Below are positions 1-25,281 of a stretch of 64,000 nt of DNA, in pieces. Location of the stretch: positions 15,128,001 to 15,192,000 of the forward strand of contig NC_135264.1 in the NCBI RefSeq assembly GCF_964204865.1, read 5' to 3'. The translations under genes and the position numbers were made by a program. The notes under the pieces were generated by a model, which saw only the letters and a list, made by a program, of their open reading frames with translations, was not told the DNA's origin and did no database searches. This DNA comes from Styela clava. Its lineage: Eukaryota. Position 1 is the stretch's first letter; each line of letters starts with the position of its first letter.

Positions 1-12
1 GCCAATAGACAA

Positions 13-292
13 GAGTGGGTAAGGTTTTTGGATCGGGGGCTATAAATTTTAACCACTTAGAGTAGACTGACAGGCCATGTAAGTGTGACGTAAAAAACTA
101 AATTTTATAAACTATATTCACACTGTTACAGGAGCAAAAGTGGAAAACAATGAGCCTCGTATCAAAACTAAATTTAATTGCAATCTCAACAAATTCCTAG
201 AGCTATATTTTAGCTAACACAGGATTTTGGTTGTGGCGGACCAGTTTGAAATATCCAGCCGGCCCGCGGGCCGTAGTTAGTTCCTGCCCATG
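13..292 (+). mobile_element. ~280-300 bp hAT-like MITE family A; other copies ~25985-26250, 28170-28475, 34140-34420, 41120-41420, 57215-57500
   Basis: Shared core GGGCCATGTAAGTGTGACGTAAAA...AAAACTAAATTTAATTGCAAT...GGCCCGCGGGCC with GGG(C/T)AAGG / TGCCCATG ends; found in both orientations. Confidence 0.75.
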
Positions 293-341
293 TTAGATCC
301 TGAGCATCGATAATTTAGTGAAGTGAAAAAGAAAAACTTAC

Positions 342-403
342 TTCTCTCCTACTGCCGCCTGTGTTGCAATCAACAGCAACGACAAGATTGACAGTAATTT
401 CAT
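342..403 (-). CDS. First coding (signal peptide) exon of a second A2M/CD109/TEP paralogue; gene continues off the left end of the window
   Basis: Reverse strand reads cag|AATTAAACAGTCTAAG ATG ... MKLLSILSLLLIATQAAVGE-AA|gtaagt. Exon is 342-419; the 62-nt coding part matches plus-strand exon 31800-31877 (MKLLATLSLLLIATQAAVGE) in length and phase. Confidence 0.85.
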
Positions 404-1361
404 CTTAGACTGTTTAATTCTGAAAAATAAATTAAAATCCGTTAGTAGATAGTAACATATATATTTTATTCGGATTCCGTGCAGAATATAATTATGATAG
501 AATATGAACCACAATTCTGCCCGTCACACTGTATTGATTTACGCATCCATATTTAAACCACAGTACTACTATGAGATTCCCGAAACATTAAAATATCGAA
601 AAACTTTAACCAAAAAAATGCGTGATAACTAATCCCATACCCGACATGGACGGGACAGGAGGCTGTGGTTTGCCATATAATTAAGCCGTCTAATCGGCTC
701 TCCTCTCTCATGGGATAAATATGTAAAACCTATCCCATCCAAGTGGCGATTGGGATCATATAAACAAACTTATTCCTAGTCTTTTTGGGCCATTCAGTTA
801 CCCATCGCGACCAGTTATGTACATCATAAACTTATTACTTTTCGCCGCGGAAGGAAAGTCTGCGGTAAAGCCAAGGCACATGGAGAACCACGGCTTTTTG
901 ATCGTAGCTAGATTATTCTGTCTGTATTCTACTACGAATAGTTCCAAAATATAGCAAATCGAAGAGATCTGGGACTTCTTAATATGAATTATATAGCAGG
1001 ACTCGTATGTTTTATTGCAAACACAATTATGTAATTCCCATTCCATAAAGCAGGTGTGTGCAACCTTTTTTACAAGAGGACCAGATACAATTGACTGGGT
1101 GAAACCGCAGGCCACAAATTTATTTAACATAGGCTTTCTAGTCGTCCTATTTTTTTGTTTGTTATCGATCTAATGCGCTGTTCGCTTCGCACAAGCTACC
1201 TGTTAGGACATTGTATTGTCATATGCGTAGATAATAACTCGGATTTAGGTATATATCATTAAAAATTGGCATCTCCCCGCGGGCGGCACAATTTTCCTTG
1301 TGGGCCGCATTTGGCCCGCAGGTTGCACATCCCCGCCGTAAAAAATAAAAAAGATTCTTAC

Positions 1362-1470
1362 CTTACAAGTTGTGTAGTCTTTTTCATTACTCTTAAGATA
1401 TCTAACTTCTAACTTACAAATCATGGATTTATATAACGCCGATCAACTCTGCCCTTGGGGCTAAAGTGGA
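1362..1470 (-). promoter_or_regulatory. TATA promoter and non-coding first exon of the minus-strand TEP paralogue
   Basis: Reverse complement of 29640-29785. TATATAAA at 1428-1435 on the minus strand; exon ends ...ACAACTTGTAAG|gtaagaatc at 1362. Confidence 0.7.
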
Positions 1471-1969
1471 AAAAGCTTCCACGCGATAATAATTTCGATA
1501 TGTACGCAACAAATTAAAAAGCAAAAATAAAAATTTTGATTTAGTAATCTTGTATCATTTGCTATATGTCCATAGCTTTGCTCAGAGCGATGTTGGACTA
1601 AGGATTAAATATAAAACAATTTGATTTAATATGACATTTGTATTTCAATTAAATAGGAAAAGTCGATGGTAATTATTATATCGTAACAACCCATTTCCTA
1701 AATACTATTTTCAATTTTACGTATAATAATAACACACCAACCCAATGAAGTGCTAGATGTAAATTACAATCAATAATTATAAAATTGAATTTTCTAATAA
1801 TAAATACAGATATTGTGATTACAGATTGAGCGTACTAAATTAACGTTCACGCTACAAATGGAAGCGGGCGCCGCAAAACATGTCACAATTCAAAAAGTCT
1901 TGCAGAACATGATTTCGAAAATAGGATGCCCCAACTTCTGACAAAAATATCTTCTTGAATCGCTTAGAT

Positions 1970-2313
1970 CTGTGGTTTTCAAACGATGGGGCGTGGCCCA
2001 CAGGGGGGCGTAGAAATTTTTTTTTTTTTTTTTGAGGGGACGTGAAGCTAATTAAAAATATTTGTTAGATTCGATCTTGCCCGCCTAAATTTGGATATTT
2101 ACATTTCAAAACTTTTTATTTATTTCATTATTACGTTCTATTGACGTATTTTCAACGTGTTTAACTTTTCATGTTTTTTTTTTCAATGAAACATACTTTC
2201 TCCTTACTATCTATTATTTGTAGCTTATTGTTGACTGGTTATTTCTGACGTGAGACGCGGGACTTCACAAATTTTAAAAAGGAGGCGCGGCTTGAAAAGT
2301 TTGAGAACCACTG
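1970..2313. mobile_element. Non-autonomous hAT MITE; related copy ~10227-10492
   Basis: Imperfect TIRs CTGTGGTTTTCAAAC / GTTTGAGAACCACTG flanked by 8-bp TSD GCTTAGAT (1962-1969, 2314-2321). Confidence 0.8.
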
Positions 2314-3342
2314 GCTTAGATTAATATGGCCTAGTTTGATCGATACATGAATATCTGTCACAACGGACTTGTGTGTTGTTTTCGCGGTGAAGGATCGTAG
2401 CGGGATCTAATATTATTCGTCTTTACTGGCGCGGGGTACAGTCAGATGAGATTACGAATAAAATGCGGATTGACTTGGAACGATATCCCACAAGTTAACT
2501 TTCAAAATGCTACGCAAGCTTGTACTTCTAGGCTAAGACACTGCTTTGAAGCACACGGATGACATTTTGAGAACCTATGAGTGTAATATAACATAGGCAC
2601 CAAAAAAACTTTGAAAAAGGTTTTCCTTTGCAAAAATAAAAACCTGTTTGACCAAATTTCTTGTTTTCAACGACCACCCTGTATAATTGATAAAATTGGC
2701 ATTCTTTTATTTTATTTATAATCCCCAACAGATACTCATACTGTATTTGTCAATATTTATCATATTTATATTTTTTTAATATTTAAATGTTCGAAAAAAA
2801 ACAGGAAACACGTGATGAGTAAAATAAAAACAACTGTATTTGTTTTCACAATTCTTATAACTTCACAGTTTTTGGCCAATTTATAAATATTCCTATTTAG
2901 TCTAGATCAGGGGTCTCCAACACGCGGCCCGCATTTGCGAGCAGTTTTTTTCAACTATGAAAGTTAGCAAGTCAGCTCTCCGCACATGACTAACGGACGA
3001 GCATTTTCATTCTGTATTAAAACAAGCAAACCAACGCAAAATAAGGCCAAACATCGAGACAAATATCCAGCATAAGTAAATGAATATGTTTTATATCTTG
3101 TTTGGTGTAAGATTCAAGTGTAATTCCAACAAAGATATTCAGATTTATTTTAATATTATTTTTGTATCAACTTTGAGACCTCATACAAATAGGAAACAAA
3201 GCCATTGATAAATTTTTCTTGTAGTCATTGATCCTAAATGAATTTTGCAATCGCTGAAATTTAAATCTACAAATGATATTTTAGTCGTTGCATCATGGCC
3301 ATTCTTGGTTATGTGCTTCCTCTCCACTAAAACTCCCGCTCT

Positions 3343-3550
3343 CTGGAAGTGTGTGTACCAATACGTAGTTAACTATTTTTGTTCGCCCACTTTACATCAA
3401 GTTGTGTAAAAAGACTGAAGCCTGCTATAGGCAGGGGGTATATTCACTTGGCTAACACAGACAGATCTCGAACTCGTAATAGAACTAAAACAAGGCCAAT
3501 CCGAATAAAATTATGGCCTAAGCCTAACCTGGTACACACACTACAGGAGT
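3343..3550. mobile_element. ~200 bp MITE family B; copies ~15870-16070, 17130-17320, 36075-36280, 40830-41030, partial 50570-50650
   Basis: Ends GAAGT(A/G)TGTGTACCA ... TGGTACACA(T/C)ACT with a conserved internal TTACATCAAGTTGTGTAA...CCTAACCTGG, repeated through the window. Confidence 0.75.
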
Positions 3551-5357
3551 ACCCAAAAAGTTAATATCTAAAGAGTTCGCGCGTCCTCGCTTAGAGTAAA
3601 TATAATTTTCTATATATAAATAAATAAAAATTAGTACATGTGTATTTTTGTCCGCGTTTACAGATTTCAAAATTTGTATCAAGATTGTAAATTGTAATGT
3701 ATATGCTCGGTTCAAATATGGACCTAATATATATAAATCCCTGCGAACATAGTTGTAATTCATCAGTGATACTGTCACGAACTTTTCTTAAAAAAAACGC
3801 AAAAAATAAAAAAAATGATTTCAAAAAGTTACCTTTAAAATACAACTCCACCTCGAAAAAAAAATAATGGCAAAGCAAACTTGTTTTCAACAGTGTAACA
3901 TCATTTTTCTGAATTATAGAGTCTTCGGAGAATGAATTTTCATGAAATGTTGTGCAGTGTGTAGAAATGACGTGGGCAAACTACGATCCGTGTGCCAAAT
4001 CCTACGTGTTGATCTCATCTCTCTTACAGGGTGACCTAACAAAAACAGAACTTGGGCTATTTGAAACATATTCTGGAGAGAAAATAACTTTTGTACAAAG
4101 CGTCCTAGATTATCGTAACTTTCGGGTACAATCATACACAACCAGAAGTTTAATTTTATGTTTTAGGTCATATTATTTGCACGCTCGGAAACATGACATG
4201 AGATGTCGTTGTTTATGGCGGAGGAACCAGAATTCGAAGGTTTACTCTAAATTGATTGTCGGAGATAAAAATATGTTTACCAAACACTTTCATAACAAAG
4301 TACGAATTATTTGAAAACAAATTCTATTTGTCAAATAATGTTATACAAAACACGAAAACGTGCATTATATTCAAGTAAAATGACTCACTTAATACCGCAA
4401 TACAATAACATATTATATTTACACTTAAACCCGCGATTTTAATATTATAACTATCGGTATAACTCATTGAGTGGGACGGTCACGAAAATTTGAGTCCGTG
4501 CCCTGTGCTGAAGATCAAATTGGACACCTTGTGGCGTTATAATACGACGCTTAGATTATATTCTGTTACGCCATAGAACAACCATGCCTGTCCGAAGTAG
4601 ATATAGCGACGTAGGCCACAGAATTGCCTTAGGATACGTCAGTCTAGACTCGCATAAACTTCATTTTTATCTTCAATAGTCGGTAGTCAACTTTGATCCG
4701 TTCATCACCAGATTTTCCAATTTTGGCGACTTCGTTTTGTAAGTACGCTTCAAGGAAAAATATATGATGTGCGTGCACTTCCTAATTTCGCGGAAATTAT
4801 GAATCGCTGAGTTTTTCAAAATAAAATCTTCTCGCTCTTAGAGAGAAGAGAATAGATTCTGGTTCTTTTTAAATAGATACTTGTCTGTAGTGAACGGCAT
4901 TTAAACAAAATCAATTTGATATAAAGCTAGTATGTTTTTGGAAGTACGGCGAAACTATCACACATTCGTTGGAGTGGTAGCCATGGAGTTTCAACCTGAA
5001 ATCTAAACTAATCTTATAATAGCAGAAAACATCAATTAGTGATTTTTTAAAATAAGCGCATTGCAAAATATGATTTTGTGTTGTAGGCATATTTAAAATA
5101 ATTATCAATAAAATGTTATACAATTACCTTTTAAAATATTTCATACAAAACTTTTCAGGGATTTATTTTCGCTCCTGGATATAAAATAGCAATACGGACA
5201 TAAACACATTCATGTAACCAGATAAATCACTTTTTCTCAGCAAAAGGATTCGTAAGAAACCGGAAATGGGTATTGCGTAACAATAACGGGCAACAATAAT
5301 TGTCTATACTACTTTGATGACTATTTCACCAGACAAAGTAACATACATACATACAAC

Positions 5358-5782
5358 GAGTGATGAGCTGGAAAAATCGTAACAACCGGAACGCACCTAA
5401 TTCGCAAAATTGTAATATATTCACAACACGACGCGGACGTTTATAGAACTGCGAAGAAATTATATGAAATATGTTTGTGTAAAATTATAAGAGTAATCAT
5501 AGCAATTCAATACAAATCTTATTATTAGAAAGGTATATAATGAATTTTCATGGGGTCAATGGTCGGGGAAACACCTTTTACACTTTACTAATTATTTGAG
5601 TGATGTGACGTAAAAAGACTTACGAATTATGATGTAACAAAACATAAATGAATAACTAAGTTAACCAGAGAGACTAGACTTTTTGTACAACAATTTTATT
5701 TCAACAACAGGAACGCAAATGCAGTAAAACGTCCAACAGCCGGAACGCCGTTCCGGTGCGTTCCGGCTACAGCTCACCACTG
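5358..5782. mobile_element. Non-autonomous hAT MITE
   Basis: TIRs GAGTGATGAGCTG / CAGCTCACCACTG; 8-bp TSD CATACAAC (5350-5357, 5783-5790). Confidence 0.8.
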
Positions 5783-6060
5783 CATACAACACAAGATCAG
5801 CCTCTTTTTATTTACCTTGTCTTTCTCATCTCAAAACTGTTTCAGATAAAAAGGAGTAAAAATATGGACTGGTATACCATGAACGATAGCAGTAATTTCT
5901 CTCGATATTCACGGCTGTAATAAACCTAGTACGCCGAGCACACGATTACTTTGCGACGGTAAGCGCGAGCCGCCTAAATTGGTATCACAGACACGGTGAT
6001 CGTATCGGGAACGAGCCACACCAGGTTCAGATATATGTACTACAGCAAGAGTAGCGAGAG

Positions 6061-6824
6061 TAGGGTTGCCAACCGTCCTTTATTACAAAGGACAATCCTT
6101 TATTTGAGATTTTTGTTTTTGTCCTTTTTAAGATGATAATTGTCCTTTATTTTTTTCACCGTCGTTTTGCCCGATAGTTATAGTACTGTGTTTAATATTG
6201 TTTCGTTCTTAAATCGCCTCCGTTTATGTATTTGCAAGTTTTTAAATTGCCAAAGAAATACCAATTTTATTAACAATTTCAAATATTCTACATTAATTTT
6301 CCGAAGATGGCAATAGTGGCAACACTCGAAGATTTGAGTGAACTCTAGTTCAATAACTGAAAATTCTACGTATAATTGGTCTCTAACATTTTAGATTATT
6401 TCTCAACTCTGCGATAACGTATTTGGAAAAAAGATTTGACTTTGATGAAAATTCAACATTTGGAAAATTATCTCTTTTGGATAATCTTTCTCTAAAATAT
6501 CAGACACTTGTAAAAATTGTAGAACATTTGAAGCTAAAAGACAAACTCAATTTGAATATGTTTGACCTATTGGATGAAGTTGCACTCATTCAAATAAAAT
6601 TTGGCACGATTCAAAGCACTAAACTGTTCACAGAATGCAGTTTGATTGCGTCAATGTTAAATAAACATTAAATGAAAAACACATAAAGATTTTTTGATAT
6701 ATTTTTTTAGCTTGTATATAGTTTGTATTTCATTGTTTTATATTGTTCATTCCTGCAAGTTACAAAATAAATGACGACGGTAATCGTTGTCCTCTATTGA
6801 GACTTTTCATAGTTGGCAACCCTA
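6061..6824 (+). mobile_element. Non-autonomous hAT element, possibly with a transposase remnant (ORF 6423-6671)
   Basis: Perfect TIR TAGGGTTGCCAAC / GTTGGCAACCCTA; 8-bp TSD AGCGAGAG (6053-6060, 6825-6832); subterminal GTCCTTTA repeats. Confidence 0.85.
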
Positions 6825-8270
6825 AGCGAGAGTGTCCGGGCGAGTATTAATTAAACAACCAGTACACACACTTTTGGAGCGCCATTTGAACTGTACAAAA
6901 GACAAAGTGTTGCGGGTAAAACTAGCAAAGAATTCTTCAAATATAGAACGAATAACGGAAACAATAGTTTTTTTTGCAAAGTGAGTCAAGAAAATAGTTA
7001 TCCAAAACAGGCAGACGTAATAATAGAGAGGTTTTAAGAGGTTGGAAAATCAACTCGCGTTTATCTGGCATTTTGTTTCAAATATTGTTTTTTTCGCGCG
7101 AGCCCATTTTACGTGAAAAACATTACAAAGCACAGTTGCCAAGTGTGACTACCTTGACCTTGTGCAACCACTAACTGTTCTTTGCCGCAGCGTGCTCCGC
7201 ACTCCACTCACTAATTTAGATGCGAGTTGTTAAATTTAACTATTATGAATTAAAACCATATAAGTCGGCGTGTTTATTCTGAACACACAAGCCTCGTCAA
7301 GTAAAGTTACTTTAAATAGGATTCGGTACTTTGATGGAGGCAGCGGAGGGTTCCGCAATTAAGGTACGGGTTCCTCTGCATCGAACTGATTAACAACAGA
7401 TTGAAAATTTTGAAACGTCAAATCCCATCACTGAATTAAATTTAATAAAAAACTCAATTTAAGGCAAGTAGCTTCACCGCAACTTAGACCGAGCGCCGCG
7501 AAATTATTATTTTATTTAAATAGTGCTTACAACTGTCGTAGTTTTGTGAACGTTGGGTGTTCAAATGCATCTGCCTGCTATCAGGGCCAAAACAAAAGAT
7601 ATAATTCTGGAATTGTTAGCAAATTGATAAAATTTACGGTATATATTCAGTTCTTTGCACTGATTAAACAAAGATCTTGCGACGTCATAGCGGGGACAAT
7701 ATATAACAAATTGTTAGACGGTTTCGTTTTCCAAGTAAGTGTCTAGGATCTACGAAAAGATAGGTGAATTTCGCTTACTCCATGAAGTGTTAAGAAAAGC
7801 ACTCTGATAGCATAGAAAGATGAAACATATACCGGTATATATATCAACGCATCATTGATGGTGAAAGACTACTCTTTCTACATCCGCTTTGGTTACCTAA
7901 ATTTAAACTGCAATATGCAGAATAGGCGATAATTTTTCCAATATTTCATTCTTAATAATCAATTTATTGCACGGAACGTTAGCTGCAAATAATACGGTTT
8001 GAAAAATTATAAAAACAAATCTAAATGGTACCGAACTACATTAAATAGTATGAAATATGTAACCACATGAAACTTTTGTTCATAAGTTTTGGCATTGAAT
8101 CATAAATTTCCTAAATATTTTTGCAAGGATCTTTTTAAATGTAGATTGTCAAGAATGGCACTATAGAGATGGGTATATTGTATATCACTTGTGAGAAATT
8201 AAGAATTAGACTTCATAATGATATTCTAATGTTTCGCCAAAGAATTGTGTCTATAATAAAAGAAGGGCGC

Positions 8271-8368
8271 TCCCGAAGTATGTGCACAAAAATGGCGCAC
8301 AACCTGAAACCTAACCTGGTACACTTACTATGTTCAGGTTGTGCGCCATCTTGGTGCACATACTTCCA
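8271..8368. mobile_element. ~95 bp palindromic MITE related to family B; copies ~9025-9110, 37376-37475, 52750-52855
   Basis: Near-perfect hairpin with family consensus GAAGTATGTGCACCAAGATGGCGCACAACCTGAA...TTCAGGTTGTGCGCCATCTTGGTGCACATACTTC. Confidence 0.8.
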
Positions 8369-9452
8369 TGGGTCTAAAAGAAGCGTGCTAAAGAAAAACA
8401 AAATGCGGCACCACATTTCTGAGACACGCACTGTGAGAAATACTTCACGAGAATTCGGGCACTTATAAAAAAAAAACTAGGAATTCGGGCTGAGCTAGAA
8501 AGGTATACTCAAGATTGATGGGAATCAAGTTTTGACAACATAAACTTTGACAATGGGCAAGTTTCATCGTTAGCTGAGAACTTTGTGGTAACAGAAAGAA
8601 TATAGATTATGCTGAAAATTTTACCTTTAAGTCTACTATTAAAAGTCTCATACTGATGAAGTCGTTTTTTGAAATTTTAAGCCCCCTCTTAAAAGGCTCT
8701 CATATACCATCTGGTGGCAATATATGAGAATCGGTTAACTACTGCGTTAGCGTACACGAAAGTCGGAAATAATGAGAAAAAAATTCAGACATGTCATGAT
8801 GAAGCTGGCTATGAGGAGGTATAGCATGATGATGGGTGTATATGCTGGAAAATATTAGAATACTGAATAATTGATAGCATATGGTGAATAAAAGTAGCAA
8901 TACAAAATATATTAAGCACACGTTTTGAAAAATTTAAAACTTTAGATTCAAAATGATCAGATTTGATTCATTTTGTTTAAAATTTAATTATCGGCGGTTG
9001 AAATCTGGAAAAAATTTAGGGAGCTCCAGAAGTATGTGCACCAAGATGGCGCACATCCTGAACATAGTATGTGTACCAGGTTGTGCGCCATCTTGGTGCA
9101 CATACTTCAAGAGCGCCAAATATAGTAAAAAATGTAAAATATTGAGTGGAATGTCCCTTAATCAAAATGATATACAGATTTTAGCCCAGACCCTTTGGGT
9201 TATGGGTGGCATAAGGCAGTTTGATTCTCACTCGCATTGGGATTTGTTTAAAAATAATAATATACGAATACATTTAGATTTATAGGACATTCAGGATAAT
9301 TAGAATTAGATTGTACTGATGCCGCCAGGTTTGGTAGAAATCAAGAAGCGAAAAATTGTAAACCAGGAATTTAAATTGCATATCAAAATTTTCTTTTACA
9401 TTCAAATTGCACTCTTCTATCTTAAACTGCTTTAAATCACAGACCATCTTTG

Positions 9453-19827
<10,375 letters not shown>

Positions 19828-22800
19828 ATTTCTATACCTCCGCCTTTGAATGCCGCAAAACATCAGTAGGCTACATGAATGCAAAGCAAAACAACTCAGC
19901 CTGAAGCCCTCACTGTTTGGTGGTGAAAGGAGCAAGGTATTAATGTGTCCAATAATATATTCAATAATAAACGTAAAATGTCATTTTATACTTTGTATAT
20001 TATACTTTATATTGTTTATTTAAATAAATGATCACGAATTTAATGATTTGTACTTAAAACTACTAAATTTATTCATTGTTCATTCGAATACAAGTTATCA
20101 CACTCGTGTACTTTAATTAAGATAAGATTTACTTATATATATATATATATATATATGTAACCAGCGTTTACGTGAACCGACCAGCGTTTACGTGAACCAC
20201 CCTACGGCGGCGTGGAGTCCAGTAATCCTCTCGCACATTACTATCCCCGCATTGGTTTCGAACCTGCGAACCCACGCAGAGTTTTCAGAAGTGCGGTGGC
20301 GAGCCTATTCCTAACGCTCAGCACGATGAGCCACACCGCCACATTTTGCTCAACATTCTGACACTGCCCTTTCGTGATGATTAACAAATCACATTTTGTA
20401 AGGCTAATTTACAGAAACACACAGTAGCCTATTAATTTATCCCAAGGAGAGGAGAGCAAATTTTACGGCTTAATCATATTGCGTATGATGGCATCTTGTC
20501 CGGTTACCAGTCGGTATTGTAATAGTTAGCCAGGTATTTGTTTCATACGATGACGGCGGATATCGTCGAAACCGACAAACAGTTACGCGAACCGTTATAC
20601 GGCGATGGGGAGCAATCCTAATTATCCATCACAAGATTTAAACTAGCGAAGAGTACGCAGGGTAATCGAGGGTGCGATGGCAAGCTTATTCCTAACACTT
20701 AGAGCGATGCGACACTCGCCACGCTCTCCATAAAAGGATAAAATATAGTACTGATGTCTTGAATAGCATCGTGCTGATTAATTTGATTCATTATATCTGG
20801 AGATTGGAAAAGTTTGCTTATTCGAAAAATGGTATATATGTGTGATATATTGTCGTTGCGGAATATGGATATCAGGTTCCTTCCCACAGGGTGTGAAAAT
20901 ATCATGACAATACAATATTTTATACAATTTTAATTTGATCTTTCGTCTAGTAGAACATAGAAAACAAAATAAATAAAAAACACAGACAAGGGCGAAGAAA
21001 AGATCGGAAAAATGGGCAAAACGTAGGGAAAGGTTTATAGCGAACGCTGCAAGCGTTTGTGCGCATTTACCCACACTCACACAAGTGGAAAACACATCAC
21101 GGCAATTATACTGAAAAAAAATTAATGAACAGCATGTACATAAACACGAGAAAGTAAAATTCACGAGCAAAGCTTACTTGTAGAATTGCAAATAAATTTA
21201 GATGAGCGAAAGTAGTGAAAAACAATTTGAAGTCATGTGACGGTGTCTGTGCCGAAATGCGAATCCCAATAATAGCATTTAAGTGATTAGCTTCTGTTTT
21301 AGTTGGTAAACAAACAAAGCGTAAACAAAACAAAAAGTAAACAACAAACTTAAAAACTCGATTCGGGCGTTGCTTTTTGTGGTTAGAATTTATATAGTTT
21401 TCACTCCAAAATTTGGGTATGGTTAGCGATGATTAATCAGCTTTGGTATTCCGCGACTTCCCTTCCCAAATAATTTCGTGTAATAAACTTTTCCCGTATT
21501 TGTAAACTGCCGTTTTTTTTAATTTTATTGACTTTAAAATATACAAATAAATATGACTAATTCCTTACTTTCTGTTTGCACCGATTTCGTACAAGAATGA
21601 AGTAATTTCTGATGTCTGAAGGTTGCGACATAAGTCGGCTGTTATCGGTCACGTTTACAAATATCAGCTGATTTATTTTGCAAACAAGCCCGAAAATAAC
21701 ATTTGCAGAAATTCGCCGTGTCTGTAGTCATAAAGCCTTTTTTATTAAAACTTTGCCGACGTACCAATTGTGGAATAACTGCTTCTCAGTCAACTTACTT
21801 GACATCAATAGGTTACGAAACGTAAATATATATAGTTCGCTACACTAACAAACACAACGTAGAAATTGCAATAAATCTCATCTAATTGATAGCGAATGAT
21901 AAAATTAACTGCGACAAGTTGGAAATATACCGTTATGTCAAAGTAGCCGAATCAATCATTGCGATATATCCAACAGTATAAACTATCTGTTTCTTACGAA
22001 TCCCTTTACGAATTTATCGAGCTACATGAATGTGTTTCATGTCCGTATTGCTATTTACTAATAAATAAATCACTGAAAAGTGCTGTATGGAACATTTTAA
22101 AAGTTTGTTGCATAATATTTATTTTAGGTGTGCCTACAACACGGCTTGCTATTTTGCAATGTGCCCAACTTTAAAAAATGATGAAATATGATGAAAAATT
22201 AGTCAAAGATTAATTACCGACTATACGTTTTGATTTAAATATTTATTTTGTGTTTATACTTGAAGCCCTATTAGAGAGTAGGCCCATCTATTTCAGCGTG
22301 TTTTTTCAATTACCGGTATATTTTATGTCACAAAGTAATATTGCCTACGCAGTACCGCAATGGTTGAGGTGAGTTCAATATTTTCCTTCGCTATGTAACA
22401 TTATTTTGCAAAGGGACGCGAACTCGCCCAACAGCTTATGGGCATTTACAGCATCGTCAATTTGAAGTGCCGGTAACTTAATCTTCTTATTTATTTCCAT
22501 AAAACAGTGAAAACGTTTGAAAAAACGTTTTGCGGCAATAAAGACGTGATATATTTACTCAAATTAAAAGCGATAGTAAAGACCTCATGATTTAAGTCAG
22601 TTATATAAATAAAAATTGAAGATGAAAATGAAGTTTATGCGAGTCTAGACTGACGTATCCTAAGGCTATTCTGCGGCCTACGTCGTTATATTTACTTCGA
22701 ACAGGCATGGCTGTTCTATGGCGTAACAGAATATAATATAGGCGTATTATGACGCCACAAGGTATCAAATTTGATCTTCAATACAGGGCACGGACTGAAA

Positions 22801-24960
22801 TTTTCGATTCGTGACCGTCCTACTCAATAAGTTATACCGGTAGTTATAATATTAAAAAACTGCGGTTTCAAATGTATAATTTGATATGTTATTGTATTGC
22901 TGTATTAAGTGACTCATTTTCCAGAATATAATGCATGTTTTCGTGCTTTGTATAATATTATTTGACAAATAAAATTTGTTTTCAAAAGATTCGTGCCTTG
23001 TTGTGAAAGTGTTTGGTAAAAATATTTTTATCTCCGACCATGAATTTAAAGTAAAACTTCAAATTCTGGTTCCTCCGCCATAAACAACGAAATCTCATGT
23101 CATATTTTCGAGCATTCAAATGAGATGACCTAAAACACCTGTTTAACAACTGAATTTCTGTTCGTGTATGATTGTACCCAAAAGTTTCAGTACTCTAAGA
23201 CGCTTTGTACAGAAGTTATATTCTCTCTAGATTCGATACCATATATTGTTTTAGACTTCACAGATATATTAAATGAAGTAAAATACTTTTAAACAACTAC
23301 CAATTAATTAAAAAACAACAAACTCGGTTGAGATTCATTGAGAACTGACTTCATAACGAAATTGAAATTGTAAATAGACTTAATGGACATCCTGTACATA
23401 TAAATTCCCAATCTTGACACAAATTTTGAAATTTGTGAACCAGGCCAGGGATATTCCTGTAATATTTTTATTAATATGGAAAATGAAATTTGCTCAAAGC
23501 GAGGTCACGCGCACTCACTTAGAAGGAAAGGAGGTCTCGTAGCTATAAAATATAAAAACTACCGACTAATGACCAATCAGCGCTGTTAAATTCAAATTTA
23601 TGGAGTTGACCTCATTTAATTAAAAGTGAGGTTAAAGCCCAATAAAACATTCTTATGCGTTCCTTTTTATGATAGGTACACGTTAGCATTTGTGCTTGTA
23701 CTATTACCCTTGCCAAGCCTGATGGCTACCAGTACCAATGCCTTTGCGCTAGGGGATCCGTATGCGTATGGTGTAAGAATGCTGTAGCAGGAATAAAAAT
23801 GACCATACTATGTCTGAGAAGGCACACCTACAGAAATACATTGGTGTGAGTGTGCACCAGGACTTTCGAATTGCATGTTAGGTTTATTGATAAAATTTTT
23901 ATATATATGGCAGTTTTAAATAAAAGTTACCGAACCCCTAGTCGTGAGTCACGGGTCATCCTACAGTGTAGTGAGTGATATCCCTACACCCAATCCCTAT
24001 GGGGGGCGAACCCCCTCCACCGTAAAATTTCACCACTCATGACATTTTTATAGGTTACAAATAGTTTTATCACCGATAGCAGAATATCTACCCTACCCCA
24101 TTAATTTGAACCCCCCCCCCCCCCCCCCTCCCCGACACACACACACCCTTTAATTGATGAGCGGGGGACCACACTGTGCATATTCAATAAAGTATTTCAT
24201 TAAAAAATTTCAGGCGTTAAAAATCCAAAATATAGGTTTTTTCAGTTTTTCGAATACTCCCATAATCACGGCTATTTGTACAGAATTTATTGAGGATTGA
24301 AATCTTCTTTCTTGCAGCGAATTTATTTTTAAAACTTCCCATTTACCACCGCAATCATAATTGCCCAATTTAAGGTCATTAGAGTTCATTTTAATATAAG
24401 ATGCCGGTATTCGTGATAGTCAGCAGCTGATTTCTCAGTATTTCGCTGCAAAATCCAATCAATTATACCGGCTGATTCTGCAGTAATGGAAAATGACCAG
24501 CTGAAAATAAAATACCAAAACGTGACAGACCACATGGTTTCGAAATTTTTTACGGTGCAAATTGGCGATTGCTGCAATTGACCGTATCGCGGCTGCAGTA
24601 TGTCTGCAATGAATGTCGCAATACTTAATTGCAGAGTTTAGCTTGGCGACATATAATTTCGATTTGAACTGGTAATGTGAAATTTGCTTCAAGCATTGCC
24701 GCAATCATCCTTACGTGGTTTCTTCTATAATGCACGAACGCCATTCAATTTTTTACACACGTTTCTCAAAGCAAGTTTCTGATCCCTAAACTAAAAGCAG
24801 ACTGGCATTGGTAGAAAAAACACAAGCAACTATACTAACTTCGTAAGAACTGCAATTTGTGGATTATTCTTGACACGGAGATCTTAGTGAATATCGGTTC
24901 ACACAAGACACAATGGTGATCTCTATTGAGAGAGATTGATCCACAAAACTTCCGTCGACA

Positions 24961-25281
24961 TAGTCTGGGTATGAAGGCATCGGGATGGATTCCAGATGTG
25001 TCGTCCTGATCCGTGGAAATGAAAAAATTGACAATTTTATTTGAACCGTTAGGGAAATGGTCACATTCTGCTCGAGCAAGAACGAAACGAAACGCAATTG
25101 AATTATTTAATAAGTGAAACCGTAACCACTCCTCACGATTTGTATTGGTCTGCCTCTCTGTTTAGTCTGGGTATGAAGGCATCGAGATGAATTCCAGATG
25201 GGTCGTCCTGATCCGTGGAAATGAAAAAATTGACAATTTTATTTGAACCGTTAGGGAAATGGTCACATTCTGCTCGAGCAA
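24961..25281 (+). repeat. Local direct duplication of ~120 bp (24961-25080 and 25163-25281)
   Basis: TAGTCTGGGTATGAAGGCATCG...CTGCTCGAGCAAG occurs twice, nearly identical. Confidence 0.85.

Noticed and set aside
3520-3535. CCTAACC / GGTTAGG motifs as interstitial telomeric repeats
   Set aside because: Only one or two units occur, always inside MITE family B or at cassette donor sites.
798-9300. Short ORF-track entries in this region, and most others outside the listed exons
   Set aside because: They show no recognisable domains and overlap MITEs, SINEs or introns, or lie antisense to real exons.
20240-20342. Possible tRNA gene
   Set aside because: The A/B-box-like head is joined to a repeated SINE body present in several degenerate copies, and no convincing cloverleaf is visible.
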